Shown here: one piece after another, positions 21,681 to 32,335 of the stretch
How the letters are laid out: every line of letters starts with the position of its first letter
Numbering within the stretch: position 1 is the stretch's first letter
Assembly (NCBI GenBank): GCA_900551745.1
Contig: URXA01000002.1
Span: forward strand, 140,855 to 204,854
DNA: 64,000 nucleotides
DNA from: an uncultured Phascolarctobacterium sp.
Lineage (GTDB): Bacteria; Bacillota; Negativicutes; Acidaminococcales; Acidaminococcaceae
Direction: 5' to 3'
Notes under the pieces: generated by a model
Told to the model about the DNA's origin: nothing
What the model saw: only the letters and a program-made list of their open reading frames with translations
Database searches by the model: none
Made by a program: the position numbers and the translations under genes

Positions 21681-22531
21681 TGCTGTACCACCTTACCTTT
21701 CAGGTACGAAAAAGTCAAATTAATAATCAGGATAAATACAAACAGAACAACAGCCGTTGCAATCAACGCATCACGGTGCAGATCCGCAGCATATCCCATT
21801 TCAATGACAATATTTGTTGTCATCGTGCGCACGCCTTCTAAAATACCTATAGGCATTCGGGCCTGATTGCCAGCAACCATAATTACAGCCATCGTCTCGC
21901 CGACGGCCCGGCCCATTCCCAGAATGATCGCCGCCATGATCCCCGACTTGGCAGCCGGCACGACTGTAAAAAACACACTGCGGACATGCCCTGCTCCTAA
22001 AGCCAGAGCCCCTTCATAATAACTGTCAGGCACCGCACGCAGCGCGGCTTCAGCGACGCTGATCAGTGTCGGCAAAATCATCATGCCTAAAAGCAGTGAA
22101 GCCGTAAGCATACTGCTGCCGGTACCGCCGATATGTTCACGGATAAACGGGACCATCACTACCAGTCCGAAAAAACCATAGACAACTGAAGGAATACCGG
22201 CCAGCAATTCTACAGAAGGCTTCAGCACATTGTATATTTTCTCAGGACAGAAACGCGCCATAAAGACAGCCGTCAAAATCCCGACCGGAACCCCAACGAT
22301 GATCGCTCCCAGCGTAACGTACAAGCTGCCCAGGATCATCGGCAGAATGCCGTAGACATCGTTGGCAGGACGCCATCTTTCTCCTAAGAAAAAATCTGCA
22401 GCGCCGATTTTGCCGATAGTCGGCAGCCCGTTGGCAAACAAAAACAGACAAATCATAGCTACTGTAGCGATAGAGGCACACGCCGCCAGCAGAAAAACAA
22501 ACTTCATTATTTCTTCTTTACGCTTCTCCAT
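21677..22531 (-). CDS. pstC: Phosphate ABC transporter permease
   Basis: ELLAGIPSVVYG, GRAVGETMAV; operon order. Confidence 0.96.
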   Translation of the reverse strand: MEKRKEEIMKFVFLLAACASIATVAMICLFLFANGLPTIGKIGAADFFLGERWRPANDVYGILPMILGSLYVTLGAIIVGVPVGILTAVFMARFCPEKIYNVLKPSVELLAGIPSVVYGFFGLVVMVPFIREHIGGTGSSMLTASLLLGMMILPTLISVAEAALRAVPDSYYEGALALGAGHVRSVFFTVVPAAKSGIMAAIILGMGRAVGETMAVIMVAGNQARMPIGILEGVRTMTTNIVIEMGYAADLHRDALIATAVVLFVFILIINLTFSYLKGKVVQQ

Positions 22532-22550
22532 ACTCCCTCACATTATACAG

Positions 22551-22574
22551 GCGGCTGCCCCTAGAGGCAGCCGT
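22551..22574 (-). other. Intra-operon stem-loop between pstS and pstC
   Basis: CGGCTGCC-CCTAGA-GGCAGCCG hairpin without a U-tract; typical of differential pstS mRNA stabilisation (inference). Confidence 0.55.
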
Positions 22575-22601
22575 TAGTTTACAGTGTTCAGTTTTATCTG
22601 C

Positions 22602-23489
22602 TTACAGTTTATTCCATTCAGTAGTCTTACCGGTAAAGATAGCTTCGACCTGTTCTTTTTTCAGATCGTTGACTTTATTATCTTTATTTACGATTACCGC
22701 AATACCGTCAGTAGCGATAACAGTTGCTTTTAAGCCCTGTTCCAGCTCGCTCTTCTTCAAGTCGCGTGAAGCCATACCAATGTCACAGATACCGCTGACA
22801 GCAGATTTAACGCCGGTAGTGGAATCACTGCTCTGGATCTCGATATTAGCAGCCGGATTGATTTTCATATACGCTTCTTTCAGTTTCTCCATTGCCGGAG
22901 TTATGGAAGACGAACCTGCTACAACTACTTTACCTGCCGGTTTGGTGCCTTTATAAGGCGCAGCTTTGTCATCGCCGATGCAGCCGGCCTTAGCTACTAC
23001 CTCCTGGCCTTCTTTTGACATAATGAAAGCAACGAAATCCTGGGCAACTTCGCTCAAACCATCTTTCGTACAGATATTGAACGGACGGGCGATCTTATAA
23101 GCACCGCTTTTTACATTGGCTGCACTTGCTTCTGCACCATCGATTTTCAGCGCTTTTACTGTATCGTTTAAAGAGCCCAGAGAAATGTAGCCGATAGCGT
23201 CTTTATTACCGGCTACAGTAGTCATCATGACCGAAGTATTATTGGTAATGGCAGCATTATCAGTAGTATGGTCGATTTTTTTGCCGTCAGCATCCTTCTT
23301 CTCAATACCGAACAATTCTATAAAGGCACCGCGTGTACCGCTTCCATCCTCACGGGAGATAACAACGATCTTACTGCCTGCTGCCGCATTATCAGCCTTC
23401 TTTTCCGATTCACTGCTGCCGCAGCCGGTAAAAATCATCGTACTCATTGCTGCTAATAAAATACCTGCTGCTTTTTTGTTCATTTTCAT
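22602..23489 (-). CDS. pstS: Phosphate ABC transporter substrate-binding lipoprotein
   Basis: Lipobox FTGC; REDGSGTR, GSSS, SDSTTG, IGMASR; ATG 23489 after SD GGAGG. Confidence 0.95.
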   Translation of the reverse strand: MKMNKKAAGILLAAMSTMIFTGCGSSESEKKADNAAAGSKIVVISREDGSGTRGAFIELFGIEKKDADGKKIDHTTDNAAITNNTSVMMTTVAGNKDAIGYISLGSLNDTVKALKIDGAEASAANVKSGAYKIARPFNICTKDGLSEVAQDFVAFIMSKEGQEVVAKAGCIGDDKAAPYKGTKPAGKVVVAGSSSITPAMEKLKEAYMKINPAANIEIQSSDSTTGVKSAVSGICDIGMASRDLKKSELEQGLKATVIATDGIAVIVNKDNKVNDLKKEQVEAIFTGKTTEWNKL

Positions 23490-23544
23490 CACTATAGCCT
23501 CCAAAATTTTTATTATTTATTTTTAGTTTTCTGACTATGGCTAT

Positions 23545-23610
23545 AGCATATCCCAGCAAAGTAAAATCCGTTAGCGCAGTTTTGTAAAATCAATGTAAAG
23601 TTTGTAAAGC
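23545..23610 (-). promoter_or_regulatory. Pho-box-like direct repeats upstream of pstS
   Basis: TTTACA repeats on the minus strand at 23583, 23594 and 23603, above a TATGCT -10 with no good -35. Confidence 0.6.
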
Positions 23611-23677
23611 GAACTGTTTTACAAAAAACAGCCTCCAACAAGTTTTATTACTTGTTGGAGGCTGTTAAAGATTATTT

Positions 23678-24256
23678 TTAAAGCGGAAGCTTGACTGAAA
23701 TCGCTTCGCCAGCTCTGAACAGTATGGCATCTAACGCCTTCTGTGCAACTGATCCGCTGCCGATAAAGAAATAGTCAGTAGAATCTTCGGCTTTCATCAC
23801 ATATTTTTTATTATAAAGCTCTTTATCATTCTTTAAATCCACGATCCGCAAAACCAGCCCGGTTTCCACATTTTTATCAAAATATATAAAATTAAAATGT
23901 GTTTCTTTTGTAATGGACTGCAGCTCGGTATAAACAAAATAATCTGCTCCGCAGCCATCAACCTGCGCCGTCAATTCTGCAAACGTGGCTTTCTCAAATG
24001 ACTTTTCTTTGAAATTTTCGCCATAAGGTTCAGCATCAACTTCAAGATAGATTCCTTCGATTTTCTTCTGCAGCTTTTCCAATGCTATTTGGGTAAGCTT
24101 TTCATCATAACGTGTTTCGGCGATATTGTTAAATACCAAAAGCACGCTGCTTTTCTGCCGCAGGCTTTTAGCCGCTTCAGCTTCGCAGGACGCAGTAAAA
24201 AATACAAATATCATTAAAAAGGCCCAAACAAGCCTTTTATCAAAATATTTTTTCAT
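23678..24256 (-). CDS. Exported hypothetical protein (paralog of 24265-24960)
   Basis: Signal peptide; shares NxAETxYD, LxIxDLxN, LYNxK and KAxDST...SVAxKAL with its neighbour. Confidence 0.75.
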   Translation of the reverse strand: MKKYFDKRLVWAFLMIFVFFTASCEAEAAKSLRQKSSVLLVFNNIAETRYDEKLTQIALEKLQKKIEGIYLEVDAEPYGENFKEKSFEKATFAELTAQVDGCGADYFVYTELQSITKETHFNFIYFDKNVETGLVLRIVDLKNDKELYNKKYVMKAEDSTDYFFIGSGSVAQKALDAILFRAGEAISVKLPL

Positions 24257-24264
24257 TATGGAAC

Positions 24265-24960
24265 CTATTTTTTATCAGCAGCTACCGCAACAGGTTTCTC
24301 TTCCGGCAATCTGGCAGTTAAAACAGAAGTAATCTGTTCGTTGATCTTATTCAGTGCTTTCATAGCAACCGATTTGTTGCCTATGCCGCCAATCATCGTG
24401 CTGTCGGAAGCTTTCTCGGTAAACTTGCCATTATATAAATATTTACCATTTACCAAATCAATGATTTTCAACGGTACAGTAGTCGTTATATCTTTACCAA
24501 CTGTAAAGAACGTCACTTTGTCTCTGGCAACAAACGGCTGTACTTCAATAAAAACGACATAATCCACATCTTCACCTTCAAAAGCATCGACTATATCAGC
24601 TCTTTCAGCAGTAGTAATATCAACAATACCAACTTTATTTAACTTTTCAACATATGGTTCACCATTGATATAAATATATTTATCATCATTGATGCATTTT
24701 TCCAAATTACCCAAAACCACTCCATCTACTTCGTCGTTATAAGTAGTTTCAGCATTATTTACATAAAGAACGGCTACTTTAGGCATATTTTCCATTCTTT
24801 TGGCTTTTTCTGCCCGATATACAGGATCGCTCTCCACCCTGATTTTTTCCATTCTTTCACGCATAGACACCGGAGAGTCAGCAGGTTCTGCGGCCAGCAC
24901 CGTAGCAGCACTGAGTGCAAAAACCATTGTTAATAAATACAAAATTACTTTCTTCACCAT
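24265..24960 (-). CDS. Exported hypothetical protein (paralog of 23678-24256)
   Basis: Signal peptide ending VLA-AE; shared motifs with the downstream gene. Confidence 0.78.
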   Translation of the reverse strand: MVKKVILYLLTMVFALSAATVLAAEPADSPVSMRERMEKIRVESDPVYRAEKAKRMENMPKVAVLYVNNAETTYNDEVDGVVLGNLEKCINDDKYIYINGEPYVEKLNKVGIVDITTAERADIVDAFEGEDVDYVVFIEVQPFVARDKVTFFTVGKDITTTVPLKIIDLVNGKYLYNGKFTEKASDSTMIGGIGNKSVAMKALNKINEQITSVLTARLPEEKPVAVAADKK

Positions 24961-25292
24961 TATCCCACCATTCTTATTTTTATGAACTTCTATAAAACCT
25001 GTACTTTATCTGATAATTTATCACCTCTTGCTTCTGCAGATAAAAATTCACATAACTATTATTCATACAGCCAAAATACTATGCAAATACACTTTAAAGT
25101 TTTTCTTGTTTTTTATAAATAAATCATAACACATATACATATATCCAGCAATACTGTTAAAATAAAATTGTATAAAATAATTTTATTACATATTTTTAAA
25201 ACACAGCTATTTATGTTATAAAATCACAAAGCGGCAACACATTTAGTGTGTTGCCGCTTTTGCAGACAAACCTGAATACCTGTTTAAAATTA

Positions 25293-26153
25293 TTAATCTT
25301 CCTTTTGAAGTTCTTCCTGTACATAATTAGGCAGAGCAAAAGCACCGAGATGTACCCCGGGATTATAATAACGATTTTGCAGCCCAAATTCAGCCCAGCG
25401 TTTAAAGTCAGCATCTTTCACTGGGTCAAGACCTTTCGAGGCAAACCCGAACAGCCAGTGTCCGGAAGAATAGGTAGGCATATAAAATTGATAAACTGTC
25501 GCTACGGGAAATACCGAAGCAAGTTTTTTATGTGCCCGGCGCATTTCATAAGCATATTCTTTATAGTAAGGCGATTCGTGCTGATTGATCAAGATACCCT
25601 TATCATTCAGCGCCCGGTAGCAATTGCGGTAAAAATCGGTCGTAAAAAGACCTTCGCCAGGGCCAAGCGGATCTGTAGAATCAACGAGGATCAAATCATA
25701 TGCACCCTCAGGCGCATCTTGTACAAATTTTAACCCGTCGCCAAAAATCAGATTGATCCGCGGATCATTATCCAGCGCACAGGCAGTCTGCGGAAAATAT
25801 TTCTGGCACAGCCGTACGACACGTTCATCGATTTCGACCATATCTACCTGCTCTACCGTTTTAAAGCGACAGACCTCGCGGGCTGTGCCACCGTCGCCGC
25901 CGCCAATGATCAAGACCTTTTTGATGTCCGGATTGACTGCCATCGGCACGTTACTGATCATTTCGTGATAAATAAATTCGTCCTTTTCAGTAATCATGAT
26001 CAACCCGTCTAAAGTAAAAAATTTACCAAAAGTTTCCGAATCAAAAAAGTCTATTTTCTGAAAGGGAGTCTGCTCGCTATATAATTGCTCTTTGACCAAA
26101 ATCGAAAGTTTGGCGTCGGGAGCGTGAAATTCAGAAAACCATAAATCCAGCAT
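25293..26153 (-). CDS. speE: Spermidine synthase (polyamine aminopropyltransferase)
   Basis: LDG...DEFIYHE, IIGGGDGG, VEID, DSTDP. Confidence 0.97.
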   Translation of the reverse strand: MLDLWFSEFHAPDAKLSILVKEQLYSEQTPFQKIDFFDSETFGKFFTLDGLIMITEKDEFIYHEMISNVPMAVNPDIKKVLIIGGGDGGTAREVCRFKTVEQVDMVEIDERVVRLCQKYFPQTACALDNDPRINLIFGDGLKFVQDAPEGAYDLILVDSTDPLGPGEGLFTTDFYRNCYRALNDKGILINQHESPYYKEYAYEMRRAHKKLASVFPVATVYQFYMPTYSSGHWLFGFASKGLDPVKDADFKRWAEFGLQNRYYNPGVHLGAFALPNYVQEELQKED

Positions 26154-26165
26154 TCTTACTCCTCC

Positions 26166-26981
26166 TTAAAGATTGATGCGGTCCATATTTTTGCCGTAGA
26201 AGATCTCGTCCATTTCATGACGCAGCTTGGACTCGATCCGTTTTACTTCGCCCGGATGCAGCTGTTCTTTGCTAAGCCCGAACAGATAGTTATCAAGGTC
26301 GAAATCTTTGAGCTTACACTTGGTATGGAAAATATTTTCCTGATACACGTTCACGTCTATCATCTGGTAATGTTCCTTGACCAGCTCAGGGATATAATCT
26401 TGAATTGAAGTGATATTGTGGTCTATAAACAGTTTATGTCCTGTAATATCACGCGTAAAACCACGCACACGGTAATCGATAGTCATAATGTCGGTATCGA
26501 AACTGTGGATCAGATAATTAAGCGCTTTCAGCGGCGAGATCTCACCGCAGGTAGATACGTCGATGTCGGCCCGAAAGGTACTGATACCGCCGATAGGGTT
26601 ATATTCGGGATAGGTATGCACCGTGATATGGCTTTTATCGAGATGGGCTAAAACTGTTTCCGGTAAAGGGCCCGGAGCGGAACTGTTATCTTCAGCACCA
26701 ACGCTGTGCAGACAGCCTTCGGCAATGAGGATAGTGACACTAGCGCCCTGCGGCTCATAGTCCTGCTTGGCGATGTTCAGAATGTTTGCTCCGATAATGT
26801 TGGAAACATTTGTTAAAATTTCCGTAAGACGGTCGGCATTATACTGCTCGTCGATATACTGCAGGTAAGCCTCCCTGTCTGCTACCGTCTTAGTGTAGCA
26901 AATGTCGTACATATTAAAGCTCAGGCTTTTCGTCAGATTATTGAAACCATGCAGCTTTAATCTCTTTACCTCTTTCTCCAA
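26166..26981 (-). CDS. speD: S-adenosylmethionine decarboxylase proenzyme (long, E. coli-like class)
   Basis: [33 protein letters not shown] cleavage motif, DVSTCG. Confidence 0.96.
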   Translation of the reverse strand: MEKEVKRLKLHGFNNLTKSLSFNMYDICYTKTVADREAYLQYIDEQYNADRLTEILTNVSNIIGANILNIAKQDYEPQGASVTILIAEGCLHSVGAEDNSSAPGPLPETVLAHLDKSHITVHTYPEYNPIGGISTFRADIDVSTCGEISPLKALNYLIHSFDTDIMTIDYRVRGFTRDITGHKLFIDHNITSIQDYIPELVKEHYQMIDVNVYQENIFHTKCKLKDFDLDNYLFGLSKEQLHPGEVKRIESKLRHEMDEIFYGKNMDRINL

Positions 26982-27120
26982 TTCAACAAATCAGCTCCTT
27001 GTCACCAAATTTATTGCAAGTTTGCAATATGGATTATATTTATTATATAGGCAAACTCTGGCAAAAACAATAAAATAAAAAAATACTTCCCACGTTACGT
27101 AGGAAGTATCAAAATCCAGC

Positions 27121-27612
27121 TTAGCGCATATTGATGAATTGTAAATCGACACCGAAGTCGCCGGCTTTCAGCGTTTGGATAACAGCCTGCAGATCGTCTT
27201 TTTTGGCGCCGCTGACCCGTACCTGATCGTCCTGCATCTGAGCATTGACTTTCAGTTTCGTCGCTTTGATCGCGGCTACGATCGCTTTAGCTTTTTCCTT
27301 CGGTATACCCTGCAGGATAGTAAGCGTCTGGCGAACTGTGCCTTTGGAGGCCGGCTCTACCTTACCCAGCTCCAGGCAGCGCAGCGGGATATCGCGTTTA
27401 GCCATACGGGCACGCAGCATATCGATGATAGCGCTCAGCTTGTATTCGTCTTCAGCTGCCAATTTGATGCATTTTTCTTCTAATTCGATGCTGGCATCAC
27501 TGCCGCGGAAATCATAACGCTGAGCGATCTCCTTTTTCGTTTGATTGACCGCATTGTCCATTTCCTGCATATCGACCTGCGATACAACGTCAAAAGAACT
27601 GTCTTTAGCCAT
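27121..27612 (-). CDS. yajQ: YajQ family nucleotide-binding protein
   Basis: [31 protein letters not shown]. Confidence 0.95.
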   Translation of the reverse strand: MAKDSSFDVVSQVDMQEMDNAVNQTKKEIAQRYDFRGSDASIELEEKCIKLAAEDEYKLSAIIDMLRARMAKRDIPLRCLELGKVEPASKGTVRQTLTILQGIPKEKAKAIVAAIKATKLKVNAQMQDDQVRVSGAKKDDLQAVIQTLKAGDFGVDLQFINMR

Positions 27613-27672
27613 GATGTCACTCCATTCATTGATTTGTTAATAATATTATTATATCAAAAAATCAGGAGCTTG

Positions 27673-28914
27673 TCATTTCGTCAGCGTCACCGTATCGATC
27701 AGCTTGCCGTCCTGCTTCAGGCTGGTAACTGTCAGCTTGCCGTCATTAACAGTCAGCTTCATATAATTAGGCTGGTCAAGCACTCCGTCAAAAGCGACCT
27801 CCTGCGGCTTGGCACGCGAACCGGACCAGGTTTTATCGCCACTGCGGCCCGAAGAAATATAGATCGTTCCCTGTGATGCCACATTACCGTTTTTAAACGG
27901 AGCAGAACGGCCATAGGTATGATTATGAGCGGAAAAAACTACATCGACATTGCCGCGGTCAATAACCGGTAAAAGTGCCGCGCCCAGTTCATTGGGTCTG
28001 CCGTCCTGATAGCGGAACAGATTACGGTGCACCAACACGATTTTCCATTTCTTATCACTGGCGGCCAGATCGCGCTCCAGCCAGCTCACCTGACTTGCGA
28101 TCAGTTCAGGCTGCCACTCGTTTAATTCCTCCTGCTGCGTATCGATTACAGAAAAATGCACATCGCCGTAATCATAGCTGTAAGCCTGCTTCTGCAAACC
28201 ATCCGGCCCATTCAGGGGCAGATCGAACAAATTCAGATATAAATCGCCGCGGTAAGGTTTCCATTGCAGCGAATAATTTTCATGGTTGCCACTGATAGGA
28301 GCAACCGGAATCTGCGGCAGCAGCCCGGACGCTCCACGGAACCAACTGCGCCACTGGCTGTATTGCTCGCCGTTATCTACAAGATCGCCCATATTGATGA
28401 AAAAGGCGGCTTCCGGATCGTGACTGTAAGCATAAGCGGCAGTCTTACGCCAGACGTTATAATCAAGGCTTTGCGAATCTCCGAAGATCAAAGCCGTAAA
28501 AGCGCCGCCGGTATCTGTTTTCAACGTTTGCCAAACAGAAAATTCTTTGCCGTTGCCAGCCCTGTATTCATAAACAGTTCCCGGCTCCAAAGCTGTCAGC
28601 GTCACACTTTGCTGATAAACAGTCCCTGAATCTGTTGCAAATTCTTTGCCCTGCGCCTGCAACTTGTGAAGCTCATTTTCACCCTGCAGCTTATATTCCA
28701 CCCAGGCATCGCTTTCCGGCGCCTGCGTCTGCCACATAATAGTCCGCGAGGTTTTACTGTCGGCAGTAATCACCTGCCGCAACTGCTGCGGCTCGTAACG
28801 TGCAGGCTGTTCAGCTCCGCAATATTGACGTTCATAAAAAAAGATCCCGCTCCCGACTACAGCAAGCATCAATGCCAGCAGTCCAGTTTTTGAAAAAGCT
28901 TTACTCCACCTCAT
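27673..28914 (-). CDS. Purple acid phosphatase-like metallophosphoesterase with FN3-like domain
   Basis: N-terminal anchor; GDSQ, GDLVD, GNHE and AHNHTY calcineurin-like motifs. Confidence 0.88.
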   Translation of the reverse strand: MRWSKAFSKTGLLALMLAVVGSGIFFYERQYCGAEQPARYEPQQLRQVITADSKTSRTIMWQTQAPESDAWVEYKLQGENELHKLQAQGKEFATDSGTVYQQSVTLTALEPGTVYEYRAGNGKEFSVWQTLKTDTGGAFTALIFGDSQSLDYNVWRKTAAYAYSHDPEAAFFINMGDLVDNGEQYSQWRSWFRGASGLLPQIPVAPISGNHENYSLQWKPYRGDLYLNLFDLPLNGPDGLQKQAYSYDYGDVHFSVIDTQQEELNEWQPELIASQVSWLERDLAASDKKWKIVLVHRNLFRYQDGRPNELGAALLPVIDRGNVDVVFSAHNHTYGRSAPFKNGNVASQGTIYISSGRSGDKTWSGSRAKPQEVAFDGVLDQPNYMKLTVNDGKLTVTSLKQDGKLIDTVTLTK

Positions 28915-29172
28915 TTTTTCCCCTCTCTCCCGCTACCATACTGTTTTATGCCAAGCTATACCGCTCCCAAAAGGCGTAACTACCTGCCGCCAAAAACAGT
29001 TCCGTAAAAAATATCGATATAATTGCGGAACAGGACGGCAACAGCGCCCTGTTCTTTTTCCTTGTTTAAATTATATAGGTCTGGCCTGCGCTCCAGTCAA
29101 GAAAACATTTTGTGAAAAATAATAGGATCCGCCGATAATATTTTACGGCGGATCCAAAACGTATATGTTCTA

Positions 29173-31098
29173 TCAGTCGATGATATTTTGCTTGTAATCG
29201 TGATAACAGCTTCTCAGCTTCTCCATTGTTTTTACCATTTCCAGCTTTAACTTGGAGGCAGCATCAAAATCTCCGCGGCTAAAAGCATCGCGGATCATAG
29301 TAAAGATACACGGAGCCTCGACAGAATCTTTAGCCAGCATAACACGCAGCGCCGCGATCTTCTCCCACAGCTCATCGTCACATTTATTATAGAAGCCAGT
29401 GTCATGCAGACATTTCATTGCCACGATCTCAGCATGAAATTCGGGGATGATCCTGTTTAAGAGCTCGGTCTGCCAGCGAACCAAGGCACCTTTGGCAAAA
29501 GAATCGATAAATTCTGCACGCAGGATATTGCCGCTGGTAAGAGCAGCTTTCTTTTCGGGATATTTATTAAAGCCGCACATATTTTCCCACACAGTCGCAG
29601 GCGGTTTACCGAACAGACGGCTGCGTTCTTCCTCGCTGAAGTCTTCAAAAACATCATCTTCGCTGCGGTATTCGCGGTCTTTTTCCAGATAGAAGCCTTC
29701 AACGCCGGCCTTTTTGGACAATTCGGCCTCCAGTTCCTTCAAATTTTTGCCTGATTCCACACAAGCCTTGATGCCATCCCACATTGCCAGATAGAAAGCA
29801 GCGATAGCAATATATGTATTAGTATAAGGATTAGGCGAACGCATTTCGATACGGGTCGCCATCGGACTGTCGATATCGCGGATCAAACCTGCCAGAATCG
29901 TACGGTTACGGGAAGGAACCTGCGGACTGATACCCAAAGAGGTAACGATACAGACAGGGGCTTCAAAACCTGGCTTCAAGCGGTTCAATGAATCGATCGT
30001 AGCTGAAATAAAAGGATTGATGACCTCATAGTTCTTCAAAAGGCCCATCATTGAACCGTAACCGATAGCGGACAGAAAATCCGCTTTCATATCGCCGGGA
30101 GCAAACAGATTGACCATTTTACCATTTTTAAGTTTGGCGGCAATACCGACATGGGTATGTTCGCCGCTGCCAGCAACGCCGGGGATCGGCTTAGCCTGGA
30201 AGGAAACTTCCAGACCGTTCATCCGGAAAACCTCTTTAACGATAATGCGGGCCAGCAGCTCGTTATCAGCAGTTTGCAGACCGACGTTAAATTTCCAGTC
30301 TACTTCCAGCTGTTCCATAACATGCGTCATATGACCTGCTCCGTCGATCTGTCCACGGACACCGCCGCATTCTTTATGGCCCATTTCCGGTTCCAGACCA
30401 TAAGCTTCCATCATTTCTATAGTCTGTTCTAAAGCGGTACGCACGTTACCGCGGGTACGCTGCCAGTATTGCTCCTGCATCATCTGCGAAGAAGAAAGGG
30501 CTTCGATCGGTGCGTCTTCACGCGGAGATTTGACCCAGAATTCCAGCTCGGTAGCACAGGTAAAGACCAGCTTTTCGATCTGAGACAGGTCAACATGCTC
30601 CAGACCTGCTATCTGCGGATGTTTTTTGAACATTTCCAGCATTTGCGCTTCTACATAATCCAGGCTGTTTTGCAGGATCGAACGGGAATCAACAAAGATT
30701 TCATTGTGGATCAGGAAACAGGGTATGCGCAGGGTTCCGACCATTTTACCTGTCTGAGCATCAAAATGCTCGTAATTATAATCAATATACCAGTTGACGC
30801 TTTTGTCGACCTTCATATCGACGCGGGCATTATTTAAAGTAGCAATCCCCGGCAAAACAACAGAAGAACCGTCAGTCTGGGCAGCCATGCCTTCCAGGAA
30901 GCTGTTGATATCTTCGATAAATAAATTGATGGGCACTTTTTCGTCGGTATCGTTACCGGCAAAGTCCACACCCATAAAAGAAACAAATTTGATTTCCGGG
31001 TGCATTTCCAGCAAAGCCTTCAGTTCCTCAGGGGTTTGCTGTTCGGGGTTAATGTAATACAACATTTCTTTGTTCATCATAGCAATCACTTGCGGCAC
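29173..31098 (-). CDS. glnA: Glutamine synthetase (long clostridial type)
   Basis: TDGSS, ELEFW, GHKE, AGSGEHTH, RLKPGFEAP, SRNR, RIEMRSPNP; start uncertain (GTG 31098 fits SD AGGAG). Confidence 0.88.
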   Translation of the reverse strand: MPQVIAMMNKEMLYYINPEQQTPEELKALLEMHPEIKFVSFMGVDFAGNDTDEKVPINLFIEDINSFLEGMAAQTDGSSVVLPGIATLNNARVDMKVDKSVNWYIDYNYEHFDAQTGKMVGTLRIPCFLIHNEIFVDSRSILQNSLDYVEAQMLEMFKKHPQIAGLEHVDLSQIEKLVFTCATELEFWVKSPREDAPIEALSSSQMMQEQYWQRTRGNVRTALEQTIEMMEAYGLEPEMGHKECGGVRGQIDGAGHMTHVMEQLEVDWKFNVGLQTADNELLARIIVKEVFRMNGLEVSFQAKPIPGVAGSGEHTHVGIAAKLKNGKMVNLFAPGDMKADFLSAIGYGSMMGLLKNYEVINPFISATIDSLNRLKPGFEAPVCIVTSLGISPQVPSRNRTILAGLIRDIDSPMATRIEMRSPNPYTNTYIAIAAFYLAMWDGIKACVESGKNLKELEAELSKKAGVEGFYLEKDREYRSEDDVFEDFSEEERSRLFGKPPATVWENMCGFNKYPEKKAALTSGNILRAEFIDSFAKGALVRWQTELLNRIIPEFHAEIVAMKCLHDTGFYNKCDDELWEKIAALRVMLAKDSVEAPCIFTMIRDAFSRGDFDAASKLKLEMVKTMEKLRSCYHDYKQNIID

Positions 31099-31280
31099 TG
31101 TGCCGCGCTCCTTTCCCAATGCTGAAGCTGAAATACAAATATAAAAAGGACCTTCCTATTTTTAAGCAATAAAATAGAAAGATCCCCATTGATCTATCGC
31201 CATCATTATAACAAATAACAGTCAGGCTTGTCCAGTGTTTAAAACAAACTTTAAGCACTCTTTTAACCAAACGCCAAATA

Positions 31281-32315
31281 TCACTTGCTCAAAAGCCGGA
31301 TCAATATTTCTTCCAGCTTTTCAAACTGCCGGCCGCCATAGCGGATTTCGATATTGAGCTGTGATAATTCCAAAAGTGCCCGCTCCAGTTCACCTAAGCC
31401 AAAGCGGCGGCTCTGTTCCGCCATTTTTTTTACAGCAAAAGGTGCGGCTTTTAACTCTGAAGCGATCTCGGCCTGCGAGGCCCGACCTTCCAGAAGTTCT
31501 TTGACACGTCCCAGACGTCGCAATTGAAACGAAATCAGGCCGCATAGAGCCAGCACAGTATTGCCGTGCTTACGTTCTTCACCCAAAAGCTCTAAAGTCT
31601 GCCCCAGCTTCTTTTCAGCAATGGCATTCAGCAACGCAAAGCGCGAAACTTCAGGCAAAGCAGCAAAAGTCTGCTCGATATCATTTTTAGTCCAGATCTT
31701 GCGTTCACCGGCGTAAACCGACAGTTTTTCGATTTCCTGTTCCAGCAGCAGCAGCGGCGCATTGTCAGTTACCGACAGATATTCCATGATCGTCTGCGAC
31801 GCTTCATAATCAAAACGGCAGCCGCGCAGCGCAGCCTGTTCATCCAGCCAGGGCTTCAGCTGATAGGATTTAAGGGACTTGCATTCCACCAGCGCCGCAG
31901 TTTTAAGCAGACTTTTATAAAGCTTGCCGCGTTTATCGATTTTTTCGCCTAGCAGCAGTACCTGACAATGTTCCGGCACATCAGCCAGCAGCTCTGCCAG
32001 CTCTTCCTGCTGCTGTTTGCGTTTTTCTCCGCCATCCTTACCTCCCCACAGCTTTTCATCTTTAATGATAACAAGACTGCGTCCGGAGAAAAAAGGGTAG
32101 GTATTGACAGCAGCAGATACTTCCTTTATATCCGTATCACGCTCAAAAATGGTTATTTCCCTGTCTTCCGGCGCGGCATCGCCAAAAACAGCCCGAGGCA
32201 AAGCAGCAGCTATTTTATCTTTATAATAGCCTTCTTCGCCGAACACTGCGATTACACAAGCGACCTGTGTGCCGGCACTTAATTGCTGCATAATTTTTTC
32301 TGCCGTGATTTCCAT
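31281..32315 (-). CDS. holA: DNA polymerase III delta subunit
   Basis: GEEGYY, YPFFSGRSLVII, KIDKR, QEIEKL; follows comEC as in Firmicutes. Confidence 0.93.
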   Translation of the reverse strand: MEITAEKIMQQLSAGTQVACVIAVFGEEGYYKDKIAAALPRAVFGDAAPEDREITIFERDTDIKEVSAAVNTYPFFSGRSLVIIKDEKLWGGKDGGEKRKQQQEELAELLADVPEHCQVLLLGEKIDKRGKLYKSLLKTAALVECKSLKSYQLKPWLDEQAALRGCRFDYEASQTIMEYLSVTDNAPLLLLEQEIEKLSVYAGERKIWTKNDIEQTFAALPEVSRFALLNAIAEKKLGQTLELLGEERKHGNTVLALCGLISFQLRRLGRVKELLEGRASQAEIASELKAAPFAVKKMAEQSRRFGLGELERALLELSQLNIEIRYGGRQFEKLEEILIRLLSK

Positions 32316-32335
32316 GTTTGTACTCCTTCAAGCCA

